A DNA stretch of 57,564 bases from an uncultured Enterobacteriaceae bacterium (GTDB taxonomy: Bacteria; Pseudomonadota; Gammaproteobacteria; Burkholderiales; SG8-39). Positions 51,578-57,564 of the stretch are shown in pieces (the stretch's first letter is position 1; each line of letters opens with the position of its first letter). The notes under the pieces were generated by a model, which was not told where the DNA came from, did not search any database, and worked only from the letters and a program-made list of their open reading frames with translations. Both the position numbers and the translations under genes were made by a program. The stretch covers positions 1 through 57,564 of the forward strand of contig CAZXAR010000002.1 of assembly GCA_964638135.1 (NCBI GenBank). The letters run 5' to 3'.

Positions 51578-54076
51578 CTAGAAAAGGATCAGGTACACGA
51601 CCGAAACCTGGTTCGCCGTGTAGCGTGAGCTGCCCCCGGTGCCCGACTGCGAGGTCGGCGTGGACTGCGCCTGCCGCCACGACAGATCGAGCGAATCGCT
51701 CGGCCCGAGAGACCTGTTGTAGCCGAGCGTCCAGAGCACGGTCTTCGCCTCGTAGCGATAGGCATTGAAGAGGCTCGCGCCGTAGGCGTCGTCGGCGACG
51801 AACGCCTTCGCGCCGCCGGTATAGACGAGCGCGGCGGGCGCCGAACTCACCGTGTCGCCGCGCCGGTACTCGCCGCCGAGGTAGAGCGCGCCCGTCTGTC
51901 CGAGGGCGTAATCCAGATTGAAGCGCGCCGCGTAGTCGCGGGCGTCGAACACGTCGCTCCTGGCGTGGCGCCAGTTGCCGGCGAGCGAGCCGAAGGCGTG
52001 AATGCGATCGGTCCATGCCTGGCGCGCGGTGAGCCCGAGGGAGGTGCGATAGCCCGAGCGCAGCCCGGAATGGTATTCCTCGAGCGAAGCGCGCCCGAAC
52101 AGGCCGAAGATCGGCGCAGCGAATTCGCCCGAGGCGCGGTACTGGAACTCGCCCTGCGCTCCGGCCGAGACGCGATCCAGGCCGCGGATGCTGCGCAGCT
52201 TGTCGGCGTTCGCGAACCCGGTGACGAGCACGCGGGTCTGGCTGGTGACGGGAAGAGCCACGCCCTTAGTGAGACTGAGGCTGTAGAGATAATCCGAGCG
52301 CTTGTCGGCCGCATCGCGCGCGCGGTTGACGTTGTCGTCGCGCGTGACGCCGGCTTCGACCCGCACCGGCGTACCGTACCCGCCGGCCGCCGAAGCCAGG
52401 CCCGCGGTCAGGCTCTTGCCGTCGAGTTCCTTCGAAAGCCACACGCGGATCGCCTGGCTATGCTCCGTGCCGGAGGAGCGCAGGACCTGGTAGTCGACGC
52501 CGAGCTTCAGTCCCTGGCGGAAGACGAAATCGCCGCCGACCCCGACGAGCAGCGCATCGCGCTTCACGCCGCCGGGCGTCACCGAAAAGAACGGCCCGGA
52601 GGCGACCTGGTCGGCGAAGGCGACGGTGGCCGCGCGATCGCCGTCGAAGTCGTGCTTCAATTCCACGCGCAGCCGCGGCAGCATCCAGCCGAAATTGGTT
52701 TCATGCTGCGACTCGGCGCGCAGGCCGAGCGAGAGCTGAAGCGCAGAAAGCTTCTGTTCGAAGTACGTGAGCGCGTTGCCGCCTGCGCCGGATTCGGTGG
52801 CCTCGTCGAAGCGGTCGCGCGCGAAGTCGAGCCGCCCGTAGGGCGAGAGCAGCAGTCCCGGCGCGCGGTGCTCGTAGCCAGCGGCGAGCGAGCCGAAGAG
52901 CTGGTCGCTCCGGCGATGCGCGCGCGCGAAATCGTTTGCCGCGGCGACGAACCGGTCACTGTCGTGGCGCAGCGCGCCGTAGCCGATCAGGCCGTCGAGG
53001 AAGGTGTTGCGGGTCGGCTGGTAGCTGCCGTAGAGCGCGATCGACGAGCCGCTCGACCGGCTCCGCGTCCCGTCGGTGCCGATCGCGGTCCGGTCGAGCG
53101 CATAGCCGAGCCCCAGTCCGACCACCAGCCGCTCGCTGAAGCGCCGGTCGATGCCGACGCTCACGCCGTCGGTGCTGAAGCGCAGGGCGCTCGCGTCGTC
53201 GGTGGCGTCGCGCGTGCCGAAGCTGATGTTGCCTCCGATCCAGATGCCGGTTCCGCCAGCACCACCCGACCAACCGGCGGTGCGATCGCTGCCGTACGAA
53301 AGGCTCGCCGTGCCTGTGGTCGCGGCGCTGACAAGCGTTGACGCGAACGCAGTCGGCAGGAGCCCGGACGCGGCCGGCGCCGATCCCGCGCGTCCGGTGC
53401 TGCGCTCGGCAACCGCCTCGCCACCACCCCCGTCGCGGTGCAGCGATTCCATGCGGCGCTGGAAATTGACGATCTGCGCGCGCGAGAAACGCTTCGCCGT
53501 CTGCGCCTGGGCGTGAATCAGGCCGACCACCTTGGGATCCCTCGGCGGCTCGATTCTCACGGGCGGCCCGCCGGTTCCAGTCACCGTCGCCGTCCGGCCC
53601 GTGATGCAACCGGCGCACGGGGGATTCAACGGCACGTCGACCGTGGCGGTTTTCACGCCTGCGGTCTGCGGATTGAACGCCACCGTGATGGTGCAAGGCG
53701 TGCCGATGTCGCCGGCCGTGGTACTGCTCGGATGCCGCGGCCCATTCGTCGTCGAGCAGGTGCCCCCGGTGATCTGGAAGTCCACCGCGGGGTTCACAGT
53801 GATCTGCCCGAGGACCGCCATCGCGCCGTCGGTCCGGGTGACCGCCGCCACAAAAATGGTCATCGCCGCACTGGTCGTGCCGACCGGGACGCTGCCGAAA
53901 TCCAGAGTGACCGTTCCCGAGCCCCCGCCATGATGATTGGTGGAGGCCTCCGCCGCCGTCGCGCCCACGGCGATGCATTGCACGTCGCCGCCGCACTCTG
54001 CGCGCGCCGCCGTGGAAAAAACGAACCCGGCTGCGATCAGCCCCGCAAGAACCGCCAGCCGTCCCAGGACTGCCAC
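51578..54076 (-). CDS. Autotransporter-like outer-membrane protein: small Ig-like passenger + autotransporter barrel + additional C-terminal barrel-like domain
   Basis: GGGAGGG RBS with a GTG start, and a signal peptide. Choice-of-anchor-D-like module (LDFGSVPVGTTSAAMTIFV...CTITVAFNPQTAG). Autotransporter beta-domain pattern (GIWIGGNISFG...GVSVGIDRRF...LGLGYA...). About 270 further residues of alternating beta pattern end in YLILF. Confidence 0.7.
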   Translation of the reverse strand: MAVLGRLAVLAGLIAAGFVFSTAARAECGGDVQCIAVGATAAEASTNHHGGGSGTVTLDFGSVPVGTTSAAMTIFVAAVTRTDGAMAVLGQITVNPAVDFQITGGTCSTTNGPRHPSSTTAGDIGTPCTITVAFNPQTAGVKTATVDVPLNPPCAGCITGRTATVTGTGGPPVRIEPPRDPKVVGLIHAQAQTAKRFSRAQIVNFQRRMESLHRDGGGGEAVAERSTGRAGSAPAASGLLPTAFASTLVSAATTGTASLSYGSDRTAGWSGGAGGTGIWIGGNISFGTRDATDDASALRFSTDGVSVGIDRRFSERLVVGLGLGYALDRTAIGTDGTRSRSSGSSIALYGSYQPTRNTFLDGLIGYGALRHDSDRFVAAANDFARAHRRSDQLFGSLAAGYEHRAPGLLLSPYGRLDFARDRFDEATESGAGGNALTYFEQKLSALQLSLGLRAESQHETNFGWMLPRLRVELKHDFDGDRAATVAFADQVASGPFFSVTPGGVKRDALLVGVGGDFVFRQGLKLGVDYQVLRSSGTEHSQAIRVWLSKELDGKSLTAGLASAAGGYGTPVRVEAGVTRDDNVNRARDAADKRSDYLYSLSLTKGVALPVTSQTRVLVTGFANADKLRSIRGLDRVSAGAQGEFQYRASGEFAAPIFGLFGRASLEEYHSGLRSGYRTSLGLTARQAWTDRIHAFGSLAGNWRHARSDVFDARDYAARFNLDYALGQTGALYLGGEYRRGDTVSSAPAALVYTGGAKAFVADDAYGASLFNAYRYEAKTVLWTLGYNRSLGPSDSLDLSWRQAQSTPTSQSGTGGSSRYTANQVSVVYLILF

Positions 54077-54127
54077 TCCAGCGCCCTCCCACTCTGCCCT
54101 TGGCCTGCAGCAGAGACGGAAAGTACC

Positions 54128-54874
54128 TTAACTCGGGAACCTTTGCATATCCGGCACTGCAGGTGCTGCCTGCGCAAGGTGCCGCGCCTTCCACCCCGGC
54201 ACGTTGTCCATGCGCCACTGCCACCAGCGCGGCATCTGCGACCGGAACGGGCGCTCGGCGTAATACGGCACCATCGGCGCGTACCAGTCCCACAGGCGGC
54301 GCAGTTCCGCTTCGGGCGCGTCGTGCAGATCGACGCGCAGATCGACGATCGGAAACGGAACCTTGTCGCCGACGAGGAGCGCCGCGGAATTCTGCCCCTC
54401 GGGCTGGCCGCCGGCGTCGCGCCCGGCTTCCACGGCGCGCATCAGCCGCTCGCCCAGGGGCTCGCCTGCGCTTGATTCGAAAGCCTTTGCCATGGCCGCA
54501 ACCACGCGCTTGCTCGAAAGGGCATTGCCCGAGCAGACGTGGTCGTCGCCCACATGGTGCCCTGCCCAATCCGGATTGTTCCTGCCGCTCACGGCGTACG
54601 CGTGCCCGCGGGCATCCAGCACGGCGATCTGCCGTGCATCCGGGTAGGGATCGCGCGCGAGCAGCTCGCTCACCACTTTCTCGGCCGACAACCCCTGCCC
54701 GATCAGTTCCTGCGCAATGAGCCGCAGCGGCGGATTCGCCACCGACTGGATCGAAGCCGCGCCCTTGCCGGGCACGACCAGCGGGCAGCGCGCGCCGACG
54801 TTGGGCGAATAGGTGGCGATGCCGATGCCGTACTGGCCGCTCTTCCTGCAGTGCGCGACGATCGAGTAGGTCAA
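54128..54874 (-). CDS. DUF1028-family (Ntn-hydrolase-fold) protein
   Basis: The N-terminus MTYSIVA (Thr2 nucleophile position) and length are typical of DUF1028. Confidence 0.7.
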   Translation of the reverse strand: MTYSIVAHCRKSGQYGIGIATYSPNVGARCPLVVPGKGAASIQSVANPPLRLIAQELIGQGLSAEKVVSELLARDPYPDARQIAVLDARGHAYAVSGRNNPDWAGHHVGDDHVCSGNALSSKRVVAAMAKAFESSAGEPLGERLMRAVEAGRDAGGQPEGQNSAALLVGDKVPFPIVDLRVDLHDAPEAELRRLWDWYAPMVPYYAERPFRSQMPRWWQWRMDNVPGWKARHLAQAAPAVPDMQRFPS

Positions 54875-54899
54875 GACGGGCTTTCCGCGCGCGCCTCGC

Positions 54900-55883
54900 T
54901 CAGTTGATCCGGATGTTTGCTTCGGCGGCGAGCTTGCGGTACACCTCGTACTCGTCGTACGTCAGTTTCCTCAACTGCTCGGCGCTGCCGGGCCGCACGA
55001 TGGAGCCGGTGGCCTCGATCCTTTTCTTCACCTCGGGCATCCGCAGGATCTTCACCACTTCGGCGTTGAGCCGGCTCACGATCGCCTTGGGCGTGCCGGC
55101 CGGCGCATAGAGCGCGTTCCAGGTGTCGAAATTCAGGCCCGAAAGGCCCTGCTCCTCCAGAGTGGGCACGTCGGGGGCCGAGGCGACGCGCTCGGTCGCG
55201 GCGACGCCGTAGGCGCGCAACTGCCCTGCACGCACGTAGCCGATCTCCGTGGGAAGCGTGCCGAAGTAGAACTGCACCCGGTTGCTGAGCAGGTCGGCGT
55301 TCACCTGCGGCGCCCCTTTGTAGGCCACGTCGGTAATGGGCGTCCCGATCGCGCGCGAGAACATGACGCACGAAAGATGCGTGCCGGTTCCCGCGCCGTG
55401 GTGCGCGCAATTGAGCTTGGCCGCGTTCGCCTTGGCGTAGGCGATGAACTCCTTCAGGCTCGCCGCGGGAACTGCCGGGTTGGCCACCAGCATGATGGGA
55501 AGCGCCGCGACGTACGCGATCGCCTCGAAATCCTTCGGCCCGTAGGTGATCGCCGGATTGACCGCGGGCACGATCACCGAGGGAGCGCTGCCCCCCATCA
55601 CCAGGGTGTAGCCGTCGGGCGCGGCTTTCGCCACGCTGGCAAGCGCAATCGCCCCGCCCGCGCCGGTGCGGTTTTCCACCACCACCGTCTGGTTGAGCGC
55701 CTTCGCCAGCTCCTCGCCGACGATCCGGCTCAGCAGGTCGGTGATGCCGCCCGCCGGAAAGGGCGAGACGATCATGATCGTCTTCGTCGGCCAGACTTGT
55801 GCGGACGTGCCGCCGGACAGCATCAGCAGCCCTGCGGCGAGCGCGAAAACGATCGCCAGTCGCGAAGTCGAAGCGTTGCGCAT
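54900..55883 (-). CDS. Bug/TctC-family substrate-binding protein
   Basis: AAGGAG RBS, signal peptide, WPTKTIMIVSPFPAGGITDLLSR, AYKG. The start was re-picked at 55883. Confidence 0.85.
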   Translation of the reverse strand: MRNASTSRLAIVFALAAGLLMLSGGTSAQVWPTKTIMIVSPFPAGGITDLLSRIVGEELAKALNQTVVVENRTGAGGAIALASVAKAAPDGYTLVMGGSAPSVIVPAVNPAITYGPKDFEAIAYVAALPIMLVANPAVPAASLKEFIAYAKANAAKLNCAHHGAGTGTHLSCVMFSRAIGTPITDVAYKGAPQVNADLLSNRVQFYFGTLPTEIGYVRAGQLRAYGVAATERVASAPDVPTLEEQGLSGLNFDTWNALYAPAGTPKAIVSRLNAEVVKILRMPEVKKRIEATGSIVRPGSAEQLRKLTYDEYEVYRKLAAEANIRIN

Positions 55884-55905
55884 GAGAATCTCCTTGCGGT
55901 GGAAT

Positions 55906-56709
55906 TCAGTGACCGGGGTTCTTCGCCAGCGCGAGACGCCGCGCCATGTCTTTGAGACGCTCGCCGATCGAGGCGAGCCGCGCGTCCGGCAACTGCGCGC
56001 GCGCGCCCGCGCAGGAAAGTGCGAACAGGGTGCGGCCGGGAAGGGCGAGCGGCACCGCCACGCCGGTGATTTCCGGATCCCAGCCGCCGCCGAAGCAGTA
56101 GCCTCTTTTCCGATGGCGGGCGAGTTCGCGCTCGAGATCCTTCCGAACCGCGGACCAGCGATCGGGCAGGCTCGAGGCGCGCAGCTCTTCGAGCAGCGCG
56201 GCGCGCTCGTGTTCGGCCAGGCCGGCAAGATAGGCTCGGCCCAGAGCAGTAAGGGCGATGGGAATTCGCGTTCCGATGTCCTGCTGCAGGACCACCGGCG
56301 CGCTCGAGCGCACGCGCTCGACGTAGATCATGTGCGTGCCGTCGCGTATGCCCATCGAGACGGTCACGCCCTCGCGCTCGGCAAGCGCCTGCATCATCGG
56401 CCGGGCCAGCTCGCGCACCCCCATGCGGGCGAGGACAGGAAAGCCCAGCGTGAGGACGTGCGGATCGAGCCGATAGCCCGTCCCTGCCGGGTCGCGCGCC
56501 AGGTAGCCGAGCTTGCACAGCGTGTAGGTGAGCCGCGTGACCGTCGCCTTGGGAAGGCGGGCGCGGCCCGCGATCTCGGCATTCGTCAGCAGATCGTCGC
56601 CGGGACTGAATACCTGCAGGATCGCCAAGCCGCGCGCGAGCGCGATCACGAATTGCCGGTCTTCGGTTTCGTCGGCGTTGAGGGAGGGGGACGGTGTGCT
56701 TGGTCGCAT
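55906..56709 (-). CDS. IclR-family transcriptional regulator
   Basis: wHTH (LTNAEIAGRARLPKATVTRLTYTLCKLGYL) plus an IclR effector domain (GVTVSMGIRDG..., GVAVPL). Confidence 0.85.
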   Translation of the reverse strand: MRPSTPSPSLNADETEDRQFVIALARGLAILQVFSPGDDLLTNAEIAGRARLPKATVTRLTYTLCKLGYLARDPAGTGYRLDPHVLTLGFPVLARMGVRELARPMMQALAEREGVTVSMGIRDGTHMIYVERVRSSAPVVLQQDIGTRIPIALTALGRAYLAGLAEHERAALLEELRASSLPDRWSAVRKDLERELARHRKRGYCFGGGWDPEITGVAVPLALPGRTLFALSCAGARAQLPDARLASIGERLKDMARRLALAKNPGH

Positions 56710-56742
56710 TCAGGCGCTACGGGGCAAGACTCCACAAAGCAT

Positions 56743-56788
56743 ACCGCTATGCGGAATGATATCAAGCTTTGTTCCGCACAGCGGAATT
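56743..56788. promoter_or_regulatory. Two tandem CCGC-N3-GCGGAAT palindromic boxes in the IclR/GFA divergent intergenic region (candidate IclR operators)
   Basis: ACCGCTATGCGGAATG (56743-56758) and TCCGCACAGCGGAATT (56773-56788) are spaced exactly 30 bp apart. TGCGGAA (56750-56756) and TTCCGCA (56772-56778) also form an inverted pair. Confidence 0.4.
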
Positions 56789-56867
56789 CCCCAATGCGGG
56801 CATGTTCGGCGCCGGTTTGCGCCGCTCGTATACTCGCCTGCTACCTGCCACTCATCGAGAGGAACCC

Positions 56868-57290
56868 ATGCCAGAACCCATTACCGGCGGCTGCCTGTGC
56901 GGAGCCGTCCGCTACACGGTCAGCCAGCCGCTCGAGAAAATCATCGCCTGCCATTGCACCCACTGCCAGAAGGCCTCCGGCGCCGGCGCGAGCCACAACG
57001 CGCTCCTGCCGACGAGCGCGGTGACCTTCACTTCGGGAACGCCGAAGCTTTTCCGCGACACGGCGGAAAGCGGCAACATCCTCAAGCGCTATTTCTGCGG
57101 CGACTGCGGCTCGCCGCTCTACAGCCAGCGCGAGAAGCTTCCCGAGATGATGGTGCTCAAGATCGGCACGCTCGATTCGCCGCCGCCGATGAAGCTGGTG
57201 ATGAACATCTGGACCCGGAGCGCGCGGCCCTGGATGCACATCGACCCGGCGACCGAGTGCCACCCGCAGAACCGCCCGGTCAAGGCGTAG
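56868..57290 (+). CDS. GFA (glutathione-dependent formaldehyde-activating / CENP-V) family protein
   Basis: Zn-binding Cys motifs GGCLCGAVRY, CHCTHCQK and FCGDCGSPL. GAGAGG RBS. Confidence 0.75.
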   Translation: MPEPITGGCLCGAVRYTVSQPLEKIIACHCTHCQKASGAGASHNALLPTSAVTFTSGTPKLFRDTAESGNILKRYFCGDCGSPLYSQREKLPEMMVLKIGTLDSPPPMKLVMNIWTRSARPWMHIDPATECHPQNRPVKA

Positions 57291-57339
57291 AAAAAGGGGA
57301 CGCTTCCCTTTTTTAAAAAGGGGACGCTTCCCTTTTTTT
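57291..57339. terminator. Tandemly duplicated bidirectional terminator hairpin
   Basis: AAAAAGGGGACGCTTCCCTTTTTT (57291-57314) is repeated immediately at 57315-57339. Each copy has an A-run, a stem-loop and a T-run. It lies between convergent genes. Confidence 0.6.
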
Positions 57340-57348
57340 CGAAGCAGG

Positions 57349-57564
57349 TCAGCCGGTGGAACCGGCCGGCGATTGCGGCGTCACGCCGGGCTCGGCGGCC
57401 TCGCCTTCGCGCGCCTCAGGAACCACCGATTGCGTCGGCCTGCCCTCGTGGTAGTACGTGCGGCGCGCCCGGCGCGCCATCATCGTGAAGCGCCAGGCAT
57501 CGTCGAGCCAGCGCAGCTTGGCGATCGCCGGCAGCGCACTGTAATAGAGGAGCTGCTCATCGGT
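57349..57564 (-). CDS. 3' end of an unidentified CDS running off the window
   Basis: The minus-strand frame is open from the window edge to TGA (57349-57351). It encodes ...TDEQLLYYSALPAIAKLRWLDDAWRFTMMARRARRTYYHEGRPTQ... The family is not recognised. Confidence 0.4.
   Translation of the reverse strand, partial: TDEQLLYYSALPAIAKLRWLDDAWRFTMMARRARRTYYHEGRPTQSVVPEAREGEAAEPGVTPQSPAGSTG

Overview
High-G+C proteobacterial chromosome segment. Two Bug/TctC-type binding proteins, a five-step hutUHIFG histidine pathway and Bpt/PyrD/Nth housekeeping genes suggest a Burkholderiales-like betaproteobacterium; this is an inference, not a search result. I support about 52 CDS. I found no rRNA, tRNA, CRISPR array or intact IS element. 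All functional calls rest on motifs I can read in the supplied translations, with no database search. Many long ORFs in the track are antisense high-GC artefacts. Start codons were re-picked inside over-extended ORFs and checked for frame against the track.

Gene content, left to right:
- bpt', pyrD, ald, a ferredoxin, nth, a DUF1841 protein and two cytochromes c.
- A MoxR ATPase and a CoxE-type VWA protein bracketing a cyclase-FHA fusion, a Hanks kinase, a CsgG-like protein and a secreted protein.
- The hut genes, interrupted by a visibly lower-G+C islet of about 2.1 kb carrying a 503-aa Fic protein.
- Ornithine cyclodeaminase-like, PhnD-like and Bug proteins, a MetE-like protein and a NitT/TauT ABC transporter.
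- A NarI-like/HdrD-like pair next to an ECF sigma factor and a 64-aa ZAS anti-sigma factor.
- A 1281-aa hybrid histidine kinase with a REC/HD-GYP regulator, and PolX.
- An HPF-like / phosphoribosyltransferase / P-type ATPase / TraR / CBS / heme-protein cluster.
- 2-oxoacid dehydrogenase E1 alpha, E1 beta and E2, an arginase-ornithine aminotransferase fusion and an alpha-glucan phosphorylase.
- A FecR-domain protein, an autotransporter with an extra C-terminal barrel, DUF1028, Bug, IclR and GFA genes.

Best candidate for an undescribed system: the six-gene MoxR / cyclase-FHA / kinase / CsgG-like / secreted protein / VWA block at 4751-11748. Next most interesting are the Fic islet, the arginase-OAT fusion, the ECF/mini-ZAS/HdrD-like module, the double-barrel autotransporter, and a P-type ATPase with no canonical start codon.
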